Notes under the pieces: model-generated
Told to the model about the DNA's origin: nothing
What the model saw: only the letters and a program-made list of their open reading frames with translations
The model's database searches: none
Translations under genes and position numbers: made by a program
Shown here: piece by piece, positions 27,101 to 41,336 of the stretch
Layout of the letters: the number at the start of each line of letters is the position of its first letter
How positions within the stretch are numbered: position 1 is the stretch's first letter
Origin: Eledone cirrhosa
Lineage: Eukaryota
Assembly: GCA_964016885.1 (NCBI GenBank)
Contig: OZ024743.1
Span: forward strand, 79,112,001-79,176,000
Length of the DNA stretch: 64,000 nt
Direction of reading: 5' to 3'

Positions 27101-30100
27101 ATAGGAAGATGTTAGTCACTGTCCCCATATAATATATCTCTGAGCCATGTGAAGTCATATAGGAAGATGTTAGTCACTGTCTCCATATAATATATCTCTG
27201 AGTGATGTGAAGTCATATAGGAAGATGTTAGTCACTGTCTCCATATGACATATCTCAGAGTGATGTGAAGTCATATAGGAAGATGTTAGTCACTGTCTCC
27301 ATATAATATATCTCTGAGTGATGTGAAGTCATATAGGAAGATGTTAGTCACTGTCTCCATATGACATATCTCTGAGTGATGTGAAGTCATATAGGAAGAT
27401 GTTAGTCACTGTCTCCATATAATATATCTCTGAGTGATGTGAAGTCATATAGGAAGATGTTAGTCACTGTCTCCATATAATATATCTCTGAGTGATGTGA
27501 AGTCATATAGGAAGATGTTAGTCACTGTCTCCATATAATATATCTCTGAGTGATGTGAAGTCATATAGGAAGATGTTAGTCACTGTCTCCATATAACATA
27601 TCTCTGAGTGATGTGAAGTCATATAGGAAGATGTTAGTCACTGTCTCCATATAATATATCTCTGAGTGATGTGAAGTCATATAGGAAGATGTTAGTCACT
27701 GTCTCCATATAATATATCTCTGAGTCATGTGAAGTCATATAGGAAGATGTTAGTCACTGTCTCCATATAATATATCTCCGAGCCATGTGAAGTCATATAG
27801 GAAGTTGTTAGTCACTGTCTCCATATAATATATCTCTGAGTGATGTGAAGTCATATAGGAAGATGTTAGTCACTGTCTCCATATAATATATCTCTGAGTC
27901 ATGTGAAGTCGTATAGGAAGATGTTAGTCACTGTCTCCATATAATATATCTCTGAGTGATGTGAAGTCATATAGGAAGTTGTTAGTCACTGTCTCCATAT
28001 AATATATCTCTGAGTCATGTGAAGTCATATAGGAAGATGTTAGTCACTGTCTCCATATAATATATCTCTGAGTCATGTGAAGTCATATAGGAAGATGTTA
28101 GTCACTGTCTCCATATAATATATCTCCGAGCCATGTGAAGTCATATAGGAAGTTGTTAGTCACTGTCTCCATATAATATATCTCTGAGTGATGTGAAGTC
28201 ATATAGGAAGATGTTAGTCACTGTCTCCATATAATATATCTCTGAGCCATGTGAAGTCATATAGGAAGATGTTAGTCACTGTCTCCATATAATATATCTC
28301 TGAGTGATGTGAAGTCATATAGGAAGATGTTAGTCACTGTCTCCATATAATAAATCTCTTAGTGATGTGAAGTCATATAGGAAGACGTTAGTCACTGTCT
28401 CCATATAATATATCTCTGAGTGATGTGAAGTCATATAGGAAGATGTTAGTCACTGTCTCCATATAATATATCTCTTTGTGATGTGAAGTCATATAGGAAG
28501 ATGTTAGTCACTGTCTCCATATAATATATCTCTGAGTGATATGAAGTCATATAGGAAGATGTTAGTCACTGTCTCCATATAATATATCTCTGAGTGATGT
28601 GAAGTCATATAGGAAGATGTTAGTCACTGTCTCCATATAATATATCTCTGAGTGATGTGAAGTCATATAAGAAGATGTTAGTCACAGTCTCCATATAATA
28701 TATCTCTGAGTGATGTGAAGTTATATAGGAAGATGTTAGTCACTGTCTCCATATAATATATCTCTGAGTGATGTGAAGTCATATAGGAAGATGTTAGTCA
28801 CTGTCTCCATATAATATATCTCTGAATGATGTGAAGTCATATAGGAAGATGTTAGTCACTGTCTCCATATAACATATCTCTGAGTGATGTGAAGTCATAT
28901 AGGAAGATGTAAGTCACTGTCTCCATATAATATATCTCTGAGTGATGTGAAGTCATATAAGAAGATGTTAGTCACTGTCCCCATATAATATATCTCTGAG
29001 TGATGTGAAGTCATATAGGAATATGTTAGTCACTGTCTCCATATAATATATCTCTGAGTGATGTGAAGTCATATAGGAAGATGTTAGTCACTGTCTCCAT
29101 ATAATATATCTCTGAGCCATGTGAAGTCATATAGGAAGATGTTAGTCACTGTTTCCATATAATATATCTCTGAGCCATGTGAAGTCATATAGGAAGATGT
29201 TAGTCACTGTCTCCATATAATATATCTCTGAGCCATGTGAAGTCATATAGGAAGATGTTAGTCACTGTCCCCATATAATATATCTCTGAGCCATGTGAAG
29301 TCATATAGGAAGATGTTAGTCACTGTCACCATATAATATATCTCTGAGTGATGTGAAGTCATATAAGAAGATGTTAGTCACAGTCTCCATATAATATATC
29401 TCTGAGTGATGTGAAGTCATATAGGAAGATGTTAGTCACTGTCTCCATATAATATATCTCTGAGTGATGTGAAGTCATATAGGAAGATGTTAGTCACTGT
29501 CTCCATATAATAAATCTCTTAGTGATGTGAAGTCATATAGGAAGACGTTAGTCACTGTCTCCATATAATATATCTCTGAGTGATGTGAAGTCATATAGGA
29601 AGATGTTAGTCACTGTCTCCATATAATATATCTCTGAGTGATGTGAAGTCATATAGGAAGATGTTAGTCACTGTCTCCATATAATATATCTCTGAGTGAT
29701 ATGAAGTCATATAGGAAGATGTTAGTCACTGTCTCCATATAATATATCTCTGAGTGATGTGAAGTCATATAGGAAGATGTTAGTCACTGTCTCCATATAA
29801 TATATCTCTGAGTGATGTGAAGTCATATAAGAAGATGTTAGTCACAGTCTCCATATAATATATCTCTGAGTGATGTGAAGTTATATAGGAAGATGTTAGT
29901 CACTGTCTCCATATAATATATCTCTGAGTGATGTGAAGTCATATAGGAAGATGTTAGTCACTGTCTCCATATAATATATCTCTGAGTGATGTGAAGTCAT
30001 ATAGGAAGATGTTAGTCACTGTCTCCATATAACATATCTCTGAGTGATGTGAAGTCATATAGGAAGATGTAAGTCACTGTCTCCATATAATATATCTCTG

Positions 30101-33100
30101 AGTGATGTGAAGTCATATAAGAAGATGTTAGTCAGTGTCCCCATATAATATATCTCTGAGTGATGTGAAGTCATATAGGAATATGTTAGTCACTGTCTCC
30201 ATATAATATATCTCTGAGTGATGTGAAGTCATATAGGAAGATGTTAGTCACTGTCTCCATATAATATATCTCTGAGCCATGTGAAGTCATATAGGAAGAT
30301 GTTAGTCACTGTCTCCATATAATATATCTCTGAGCCATGTGAAGTCATATAGGAAGATGTTAGTCACTGTCTCCATATAATATATCTCTGAGCCATGTGA
30401 AGTCATATAGGAAGATGTTAGTCACTGTCCCCATATAATATATCTCTGAGCCATGTGAAGTCATATAGGAAGATGTTAGTCACTGTCTCCATATAATATA
30501 TCTCTGAGTGATGTGAAGTCATATAGGAAGATGTTAGTCACTGTCTCCATATGACATATCTCTGAGTGATGTGAAGTCATATAGGAAGATGTTAGTCACT
30601 GTCTCCATATAATATATCTCTGAGTGATGTGAAGTCATATAGGAAGATGTTAGTCACTGTCTCCATATGACATATCTCTGAGTGATGTGAAGTCATATAG
30701 GAAGATGTTAGTCACTGTCTCCATATAATATATCTCTGAGTGATGTGAAGTCATATAGGAAGATGTTAGTCACTGTCTCCATATAATATATCTCTGAGTG
30801 ATGTGAAGTCATATAGGAAGATGTTAGTCACTGTCTCCATATAATATATCTCTGAGTGATGTGAAGTCATATAGGAAGATGTTAGTCACTGTCTCCATAT
30901 AACATATCTCTGAGTGATGTGAAGTCATATAGGAAGATGTTAGTCACTGTCTCCATATAATATATCTCTGAGTGATGTGAAGTCATATAGGAAGATGTTA
31001 GTCACTGTCTCCATATAATATATCTCTGAGTCATGTGAAGTCATATAGGAAGATGTTAGTCACTGTCTCCATATAATATATCTCCGAGCCATGTGAAGTC
31101 ATATAGGAAGTTGTTAGTCTCTGTCTCCATATAATATATCTCTGAGTGATGTGAAGTCATATAGGAAGATGTTAGTCACTGTCTCCATATAATATATCTC
31201 TGAGTCATGTGAAGTCGTATAGGAAGATGTTAGTCACTGTCTCCATATAATATATCTCTGAGTGATGTGAAGTCATATAGTAAGTTGTTAGTCACTGTCT
31301 CCATATAATATATCTCTGAGTCATGTGAAGTCATATAGGAAGATGTTAGTCACTGTCTCCATATAATATATCTCTGAGTCATGTGAAGTCATATAGGAAG
31401 ATGTTAGTCACTGTCTCCATATAATATATCTCCGAGCCATGTGAAGTCATATAGGAAGTTGTTAGTCACTGTCTCCATATAATATATCTCTGAGTGATGT
31501 GAAGTCATATAGGAAGATGTTAGTCACTGTCTCCATATAATATATCTCTGAGCCATGTGAAGTCATATAGGAAGATGTTAGTCACTGTCTCCATATAATA
31601 TATCTCTGAGTGATGTGAAGTCATATAGGAAGATGTTAGTCACTGTCTCCATATAATAAATCTCTTAGTGATGTGAAGTCATATAGGAAGACGTTAGTCA
31701 CTGTCTCCATATAATATATCTCTGAGTGATGTGAAGTCATATAGGAAGATGTTAGTCACTGTCTCCATATAATATATCTCTGAGTGATGTGAAGTCATAT
31801 AGGAAGATGTTAGTCACTGTCTCCATATAATATATCTCTGAGTGATATGAAGTCATATAGGAAGATGTTAGTCACTGTCTCCATATAATATATCTCTGAG
31901 TGATGTGAAGTCATATAGGAAGATGTTAGTCACTGTCTCCATATAATATATCTCTGAGTGATGTGAAGTCATATAGGAAGATGTTAGTCACCGTCTCCAT
32001 ATAATATATCTCTGAGTGATGTGAAGTCATATAGGAAGATGTTAGTCACTGTCTCCATATAATATATCTCTGAGTGATGTGAAGTCATATAGGAAGATGT
32101 TAGTCACTGTCTCCATATAATATATCTCTGAGTCATGTGAAGTCATATAGGAAGATGTTAGTCACTCTCTCCATATAATATATCTCTGAGTCATGTGAAG
32201 TCATATAAGAAGATGTTAGTCACTGTCTCCATATAATATATCTCTGAGTCATGTGAAGTCATATAGGAAGATGTTAGTCACTGTCTCCATATGACATATC
32301 TCTGAGTGATGTTAAGTCATATAGGAATATGTTAGTCACTGTCTCCATATAATATATGTCTGAGTGATGTGAAGTCATATAGGAAGATGTTAGTCACTGT
32401 CTCCATATAATATATCTCTGAGTCATGTGAATTCATATAGGAAGATGTTAGTCACTGTCTCCATATAATATATCTCTGAGTGATGTGATGTCATATAGGA
32501 AGATGTTAGTCACTGTCTCGATATAATATATCTCTGAGTCATGTGAAGTCATATAGGAAGATGTCAGTCACCGTCTCCATATAATATATCCCTGAGTCAT
32601 GTGAAGTCATATAGGAAGATGTTAGTCACTGTCCCCATATAATATATCTCTGAGTCATGTGAAGTCATATAGGAAGATGTTAGTCACTGTCTCCATATAA
32701 TATATCTCTGAGTGATGTGAAGTCATATAGGAATACGTTAGTCACTGTCTCCATATAATATATCTCTGAGTCATGTGAATTCATATAGGAAGATGTTAGT
32801 CACTGTCTCCATATAACATATCTCTGAGTGATGTGAAGTCATATAGGAAGATGTTAGTCACTGTCTCCATATAATATATCTCTGAGTGATGTGAAGTCAT
32901 ATAGGAAGATGTTAGTCACTGTCTCCATATAATATATCTCTGAGCCATGTGAAGTCATATAGGAAGATGTTAGTCACTGTCTCCATATAATATATCTCTG
33001 ATGATGTGAAGTCATATAGGAAGATGTTAGTCACTGTCTCCATATAATATATCTCTGAGTGATGTGAAGTCATATAGGAAGATGTTAGTCACTGTCTCCA

Positions 33101-36100
33101 TATAATATATCTCTGAGCCATGTGAAGTCATATAGGAAGATGTTAGTCACTGTCTCCATATAATATATCTCTGAGTGATGTGAAGTCATATAGGAAGATG
33201 TTAGTCACTGTCTCCATATAATATATCTCTGAGCCATGTGAAGTCATATAGGAAGATGTTAGTCACTGTCACCATATAATATATCTCTGAGTGATGTGAA
33301 GTCATATAAGAAGATGTTAGTCACAGTCTCCATATAATATATCTCTGAGTGATGTGAAGTCATATAGGAAGATGTTAGTCACTGTCTCCATATAATATAT
33401 CTCTGAGTGATGTGAAGTCATATAGGAAGATGTTAGTCACTGTCTCCATATAATAAATCTCTTAGTGATGTGAAGTCATATAGGAAGACGTTAGTCACTG
33501 TCTCCATATAATATATCTCTGAGTGATGTGAAGTCATATAGGAAGATGTTAGTCACTGTCTCCATATAATATATCTCTGAGTGATGTGAAGTCATATAGG
33601 AAGATGTTAGTCACTGTCTCCATATAATATATCTCTGAGTGATATGAAGTCATATAGGAAGATGTTAGTCACTGTCTCCATATAATATATCTCTGAGTGA
33701 TGTGAAGTCATATAGGAAGATGTTAGTCACTGTCTCCATATAATATATCTCTGAGTGATGTGAAGTCATATAAGAAGATGTTAGTCACAGTCTCCATATA
33801 ATATATCTCTGAGTGATGTGAAGTTATATAGGAAGATGTTAGTCACTGTCTCCATATAATATATCTCTGAGTGATGTGAAGTCATATAGGAAGATGTTAG
33901 TCACTGTCTCCATATAATATATCTCTGAGTGATGTGAAGTCATATAGGAAGATGTTAGTCACTGTCTCCATATAACATATCTCTGAGTGATGTGAAGTCA
34001 TATAGGAAGATGTAAGTCACTGTCTCCATATAATATATCTCTGAGTGATGTGAAGTCATATAAGAAGATGTTAGTCAGTGTCCCCATATAATATATCTCT
34101 GAGTGATGTGAAGTCATATAGGAATATGTTAGTCACTGTCTCCATATAATATATCTCTGAGTGATGTGAAGTCATATAGGAAGATGTTAGTCACTGTCTC
34201 CATATAATATATCTCTGAGCCATGTGAAGTCATATAGGAAGATGTTAGTCACTGTCTCCATATAATATATCTCTGAGCCATGTGAAGTCATATAGGAAGA
34301 TGTTAGTCACTGTCTCCATATAATATATCTCTGAGCCATGTGAAGTCATATAGGAAGATGTTAGTCACTGTCCCCATATAATATATCTCTGAGCCATGTG
34401 AAGTCATATAGGAAGATGTTAGTCACTGTCTCCATATAATATATCTCTGAGTGATGTGAAGTCATATAGGAAGATGTTAGTCACTGTCTCCATATGACAT
34501 ATCTCTGAGTGATGTGAAGTCATATAGGAAGATGTTAGTCACTGTCTCCATATAATATATCTCTGAGTGATGTGAAGTCATATAGGAAGATGTTAGTCAC
34601 TGTCTCCATATGACATATCTCTGAGTGATGTGAAGTCATATAGGAAGATGTTAGTCACTGTCTCCATATAATATATCTCTGAGTGATGTGAAGTCATATA
34701 GGAAGATGTTAGTCACTGTCTCCATATAATATATCTCTGAGTGATGTGAAGTCATATAGGAAGATGTTAGTCACTGTCTCCATATAATATATCTCTGAGT
34801 GATGTGAAGTCATATAGGAAGATGTTAGTCACTGTCTCCATATAACATATCTCTGAGTGATGTGAAGTCATATAGGAAGATGTTAGTCACTGTCTCCATA
34901 TAATATATCTCTGAGTGATGTGAAGTCATATAGGAAGATGTTAGTCACTGTCTCCATATAATATATCTCTGAGTCATGTGAAGTCATATAGGAAGATGTT
35001 AGTCACTGTCTCCATATAATATATCTCCGAGCCATGTGAAGTCATATAGGAAGTTGTTAGTCTCTGTCTCCATATAATATATCTCTGAGTGATGTGAAGT
35101 CATATAGGAAGATGTTAGTCACTGTCTCCATATAATATATCTCTGAGTCATGTGAAGTCGTATAGGAAGATGTTAGTCACTGTCTCCATATAATATATCT
35201 CTGAGTGATGTGAAGTCATATAGTAAGTTGTTAGTCACTGTCTCCATATAATATATCTCTGAGTCATGTGAAGTCATATAGGAAGATGTTAGTCACTGTC
35301 TCCATATAATATATCTCTGAGTCATGTGAAGTCATATAGGAAGATGTTAGTCACTGTCTCCATATAATATATCTCCGAGCCATGTGAAGTCATATAGGAA
35401 GTTGTTAGTCACTGTCTCCATATAATATATCTCTGAGTGATGTGAAGTCATATAGGAAGATGTTAGTCACTGTCTCCATATAATATATCTCTGAGCCATG
35501 TGAAGTCATATAGGAAGATGTTAGTCACTGTCTCCATATAATATATCTCTGAGTGATGTGAAGTCATATAGGAAGATGTTAGTCACTGTCTCCATATAAT
35601 AAATCTCTTAGTGATGTGAAGTCATATAGGAAGACGTTAGTCACTGTCTCCATATAATATATCTCTGAGTGATGTGAAGTCATATAGGAAGATGTTAGTC
35701 ACTGTCTCCATATAATATATCTCTGAGTGATGTGAAGTCATATAGGAAGATGTTAGTCACTGTCTCCATATAATATATCTCTGAGTGATATGAAGTCATA
35801 TAGGAAGATGTTAGTCACTGTCTCCATATAATATATCTCTGAGTGATGTGAAGTCATATAGGAAGATGTTAGTCACTGTCTCCATATAATATATCTCTGA
35901 GTGATGTGAAGTCATATAGGAAGATGTTAGTCACCGTCTCCATATAATATATCTCTGAGTGATGTGAAGTCATATAGGAAGATGTTAGTCACTGTCTCCA
36001 TATAATATATCTCTGAGTGATGTGAAGTCATATAGGAAGATGTTAGTCACTGTCTCCATATAATATATCTCTGAGTCATGTGAAGTCATATAGGAAGATG

Positions 36101-37921
36101 TTAGTCACTCTCTCCATATAATATATCTCTGAGTCATGTGAAGTCATATAAGAAGATGTTAGTCACTGTCTCCATATAATATATCTCTGAGTCATGTGAA
36201 GTCATATAGGAAGATGTTAGTCACTGTCTCCATATGACATATCTCTGAGTGATGTTAAGTCATATAGGAATATGTTAGTCACTGTCTCCATATAATATAT
36301 GTCTGAGTGATGTGAAGTCATATAGGAAGATGTTAGTCACTGTCTCCATATAATATATCTCTGAGTCATGTGAATTCATATAGGAAGATGTTAGTCACTG
36401 TCTCCATATAATATATCTCTGAGTGATGTGATGTCATATAGGAAGATGTTAGTCACTGTCTCGATATAATATATCTCTGAGTCATGTGAAGTCATATAGG
36501 AAGATGTCAGTCACCGTCTCCATATAATATATCCCTGAGTCATGTGAAGTCATATAGGAAGATGTTAGTCACTGTCCCCATATAATATATCTCTGAGTCA
36601 TGTGAAGTCATATAGGAAGATGTTAGTCACTGTCTCCATATAATATATCTCTGAGTGATGTGAAGTCATATAGGAATACGTTAGTCACTGTCTCCATATA
36701 ATATATCTCTGAGTCATGTGAATTCATATAGGAAGATGTTAGTCACTGTCTCCATATAACATATCTCTGAGTGATGTGAAGTCATATAGGAAGATGTTAG
36801 TCACTGTCTCCATATAATATATCTCTGAGTGATGTGAAGTCATATAGGAAGATGTTAGTCACTGTCTCCATATAATATATCTCTGAGCCATGTGAAGTCA
36901 TATAGGAAGATGTTAGTCACTGTCTCCATATAATATATCTCTGATGATGTGAAGTCATATAGGAAGATGTTAGTCACTGTCTCCATATAATATATCTCTG
37001 AGTGATGTGAAGTCATATAGGAAGATGTTAGTCACTGTCTCCATATAATATATCTCTGAGCCATGTGAAGTCATATAGGAAGATGTTAGTCACTGTCTCC
37101 ATATAATATATCTCTGAGTGATGTGAAGTCATATAGGAAGATGTTAGTCACTGTCTCCATATAATATATCTCTGAGTGATGTGAAGTCATATAGGAAGAT
37201 GTTAGTCACTGTCTCCATATAATATATCTCTGAGTGATGTGAAGTCATATAGGAAGATGTTAGTCACTGTCTCCATATAATATATCTCTGAGTGATGTGA
37301 AGTCATATAGGAAGATGTTAGTCACTGTCTCCATATAATATTTCTCTGAGCCATGTGAAGTCATATAGGAAGATGTTAGTCACTGTCTCCATATAATATA
37401 TCTCTGAGTGATGTGAAGTCATATAGGAAGATGTTAGTCACTGTCTCCATATAATATATCTCTGAGCCATCTGAAGTCATATAGGAAGATGTTAGTCACT
37501 GTCTCCATATAATATATCTCTGAGTCATGTGAAGTCATATAGGAAGATGTTAGTCACTGTCTCCATATAATATATCTCTGAGTGATGTGAAGTCATATAG
37601 GAAGATGTTAGTCACTGTCTCCATATAATATATCTCTGAGCCATGTGAAGTCATATTGGAAGATGTTAGTCACTGTCCCCTTATAATATATCTCTGAGTG
37701 ATGTGAAGTCATATAGGAAGATGTTAGTCACTGTCTCCATATAATATATCTCTGAGTGATGTGAAGTCATATAGGAAGATGTTAGTCACTGTCTCCATAT
37801 AATATATCTCTGAGTGATGTGAAGTCATATAGGAAGATGTTAGTCACTGTCTCCATATAATATATCTCTGAGTGATGTGAAGTCATATAGGAAGATGTTA
37901 GTCACTGTCTCCATATAATAT
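9160..37921. repeat. 58-bp satellite array, about 496 copies (TCTCTGAGTGATGTGAAGTCATATAGGAAGATGTTAGTCACTGTCTCCATATAATATA)
   Basis: Unit starts at 9215 and 37865 differ by 494x58-2; the two 1-bp deletions are at about 33000 and 36943; no unique spacers. Confidence 0.99.
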
Positions 37922-38011
37922 CATGTGAGAAGAAGACAGGAAGATACCTCACAACAGACAATAGTACTCACAACAGACCACAGGACAGCACTATTGTTAT
38001 ATGATGAAGTC

Positions 38012-38300
38012 AAGATCGTAGTGTTGTGAGATCGATTCCCGGTGGTGTATTGATTATGTCCTTCTGCAAGATAATTTATTTTTCGCAGCTCCAGTCCACT
38101 CAACTAGAAAAGGTAAGTTGCGTGTCTAATTCAAATAGGAACCTGTATCACAAACTGTCACACTGAATCACTCTTTTAACAGTGTTAAGGGTACACGTGT
38201 CTGTGGAATGCTCAGCTAATTGCACATTAACTTCACGAGCAGGTAGTTCTGCTTTTCATACCATTGAAATACTCTTCCTCGAAACCGACGGAGGTCCAAT
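38012..38300 (+). mobile_element. Cephalopod SINE, degenerate
   Basis: B-box-like GATCGATTCCC, GCTCCAGTCCACTCAAC core, and tail ACACGTGTCTGTGGAATGCTCAGC...ACCGACGGAG recognised from octopus SINEs. Confidence 0.6.
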
Positions 38301-38468
38301 AATAGCTATAGTAAAGTAACATCCATGACATGAAATCGATTTAAGCGAGATATTCAGAAATTTGAAACCAATACAGTTTATCTGGAACACAATCCTTGAT
38401 CCGGTATTGAACACCATGTTCACCTATTTACCCATCATAATATTTCATTATTTATACCAGGTAAGTAA

Positions 38469-39090
38469 GGCGGTGGATTGGCAGTATCGGTAGATGGTCG
38501 GACGCCATGCTTTATAGCAAAGAGTTACGGCCCTTTGTAGTCTGAGTTCAAATCCCGCCGAGGTTAACTTTGTCTTTCATCCTTACGGGGTCAATAAAAT
38601 AAAGTACCAGTAATATACTGGGATAAATTGCTGGCCTTGTGCCAAAAGTTGAAACAATTATTTATGCCAGGTAAGGGTGCTGGGTTGACCATATTAGTAG
38701 AACCTCGGACAACAAGCTTTGCATCATGTATTTATGGCCCCTTACGTTCTCAGTTCTACACCCGCCGAGGTTAGCTTTACTTTTCATCCTTACGGGGTCG
38801 ATGAAATAAAGTACCAGTAATGCACTGGTGTCAATTTAATCGTCATTCCCATTCTCTTCAAATTGTTGGTCTTGTATCTAAAGTAGTAAAAATGATTTGT
38901 CCCGAATCAGGGTGGTGAGTCGTTAGAATATCAGATAAATATTGCTAATGTTTAGAAGGGCCCGTTTCAACTCTTGACAAAAGTTGCCGTCGGGGTCAGT
39001 CTTGGCTTTCATCTTTCCGAGATCGATAAAAATTGATACCAGTTAAGTAATGGGGTGGATATAATCCCATTTCCATTGCCAGAAATTTCC
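38469..39090 (+). mobile_element. Three head-to-tail tRNA-derived SINE copies (about 38469, 38675, 38910)
   Basis: Each carries GTTCAAATCCCGCCGAGGT..CTTTCATCCTT.CGGGGTC.ATAAAATAAAGTACCAGT or a decayed version of it. Confidence 0.75.
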
Positions 39091-39169
39091 AGACTTCTCT
39101 CTTATTCACCAGCCACCTCCTTAGCAATGCACTTTCCTACATTATGGTGCTATATAAACACAGATGCAC

Positions 39170-39201
39170 ACGCACGCACACACACACACGTACACACACA
39201 C

Positions 39202-39232
<31 letters not shown>

Positions 39233-39257
39233 ACATATATATGTGTGTGTATATATG

Positions 39258-39308
<51 letters not shown>

Positions 39309-39375
39309 ACTACCCGGAATACCATAACTGGACTACACCTAAGTGGACTGCATATAACTATTATTTGCTACCACG

Positions 39376-39406
<31 letters not shown>

Positions 39407-39431
39407 TGTATATATATATATATATAGTATT

Positions 39432-39516
<85 letters not shown>

Positions 39517-39873
39517 ATGTATGTGTGAGTGTGTGTATGCATGTGTGAGAGTGTAAGTGTGTGTGTGTATGTATGTATGTATGTATGTATGTATGTATGT
39601 ATGTATGTATGTATGTATGTATGTATGTATGTATGTATGTATGTATGTATGTCTATGTATACGCTACGTTATATATATTCAACAGATGTTCATATAAACA
39701 TTTGACCTGAATCTATCGTCGATGATATTATATAACAGTTAGTAATTAAATTAATGAAAGAACGTCATATAACATGGTATCAGCCAGCTTTCCATACAAT
39801 CGTCTCTCTCTTCACTAATCTACAGTCTCGCCAAACAATGTAACCATTTGTGTGCATATCTAGGGCTGTATAC

Positions 39874-39905
<32 letters not shown>

Positions 39906-40101
39906 TGTATGTATGTATGTATGTATGTATGTATGTATGTATGTATGTACGTGTGTGTATGTATGAAGGTATGTATGTGTGTGTGTATGTATGTATGTAT
40001 GTATGTATGTATGTATGTATGTATGTATGTATGTATGTGTGTGTGTGTATGTATGAAGGTATGTATGTGTGTGTGTATGTATGTATGTATGTATGTATGT
40101 A

Positions 40102-40132
<31 letters not shown>

Positions 40133-40193
40133 ATGTATGTATGTATGTATGTATGTATGTATGTATGTGTGTGTGTATGTATGTATGTATGTA

Positions 40194-40242
<49 letters not shown>

Positions 40243-40255
40243 ATGTATGTATGTA

Positions 40256-40286
<31 letters not shown>

Positions 40287-40405
40287 ATGTATGTATGTAT
40301 GTATGTATGTATGTATGTATGTATGTGTGTGTGTGTATGTATGAATGTATGTATGTATGTATGTATGTGTGTGTGTGTGTGTATGTATGAATGTATGTAT
40401 GTTAT
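39170..40405. repeat. Compound microsatellites (CA, TA, TATG, TG)
   Basis: Directly visible. Confidence 0.95.
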
Positions 40406-40994
40406 GTCAGGTCACCAGTATCCCAGTACAACCTGTCTCATGGTCGGGTCGTTGGCGACTAAACTGGCAACCCCACCAAGGTTTCTTGGTGAGGAGGGTG
40501 ACTTTGGACATCCTGCAGGACTAAAAACAAAACCTGTCAAAGGGCAAAGGAGCTCTTAAGAGTCAATGGCCATCCAAAATCGCCGGGATAGATGGCCACT
40601 TAGCCTTTGTCAAGGCAGAATTCTAGGAGAAGGAAAACTCTGATATAGCACCTGCAACCTTGATGGTATCCAATGATGTTGACTTGTTCTTTTTTTTGGT
40701 AAATATCATCTTGGTTAAGAGAGTGGGACTGGCTTTGTGCAGTGCCTTTGCTCAATTATAAAAGCTTCACGGCACAGGCATTGCTTTATATCTGGAGATC
40801 TCTCTGCACTTGTCGTCACATGATACCATGGGCCCAGCACTATGTGTCAATAATTGTCACAAGTGTAGTGTTTGTACCAGAGTTTTCAAGTCGCTGGCTG
40901 GACTAAAAAGTCACACTCGTTCAGCGCATCGGTAGGGGTTCTCCTACATGGATATAAAGTAGTGGCCGCACTCGAAAACGAGTTGGCAGCCACC
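40406..40994 (+). mobile_element. Internally deleted RTE LINE (5' UTR + C-terminal C2H2 finger + 3' end)
   Basis: 5' part matches 51301-51610, including the RTE-type CTAGGAGAAGGAAAACTCTGAT; encodes CSVCTRVFKSLAGLKSHTRSAH; 3' end CTCG-AAAA-CGAG..GGCAGCCACC-(ATGT)n matches 54395-54432. Confidence 0.8.
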
Positions 40995-41161
40995 ATGTAT
41001 GTATGTGTGTATGCATATATGTATGTATGTGTGAGTTTGTGCATATATATATATATATTTATACATATATACTTATTTATATTCATATATATTTATACAC
41101 ACACACACACGCTCACACGTACACTCACACACACATACACACACACACGCTCACACGTACA

Positions 41162-41243
<82 letters not shown>

Positions 41244-41336
41244 TATTTATATATATATATATACTTAGATATGGAGAGAGTGAGTAGGGAGATATTTCAG
41301 AACAATGAAGTGATTTCTGTGCGTGTGTATATATAT

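Noticed and set aside
9160-37921. CRISPR array or coding repeat
   Set aside because: No unique spacers, no cas genes, and a eukaryotic context. The unit length of 58 is not a multiple of three, and the track shows no ORFs here.
9160-37921. Hammerhead-containing satellite (CTGAGTGA..GGAA resembles the core; the 1-bp deletion creates CTGATGA at 32998 and 36941)
   Set aside because: No GAAA box, no proper stems I and III, and the core spacing is wrong in nearly all units.
9160-37921. Plus-strand 6-nt micro-exon array (TAG|GAAGAT|GTTAGT)
   Set aside because: There is no pyrimidine tract or branch point before the AG, and the donor is weak in most units.
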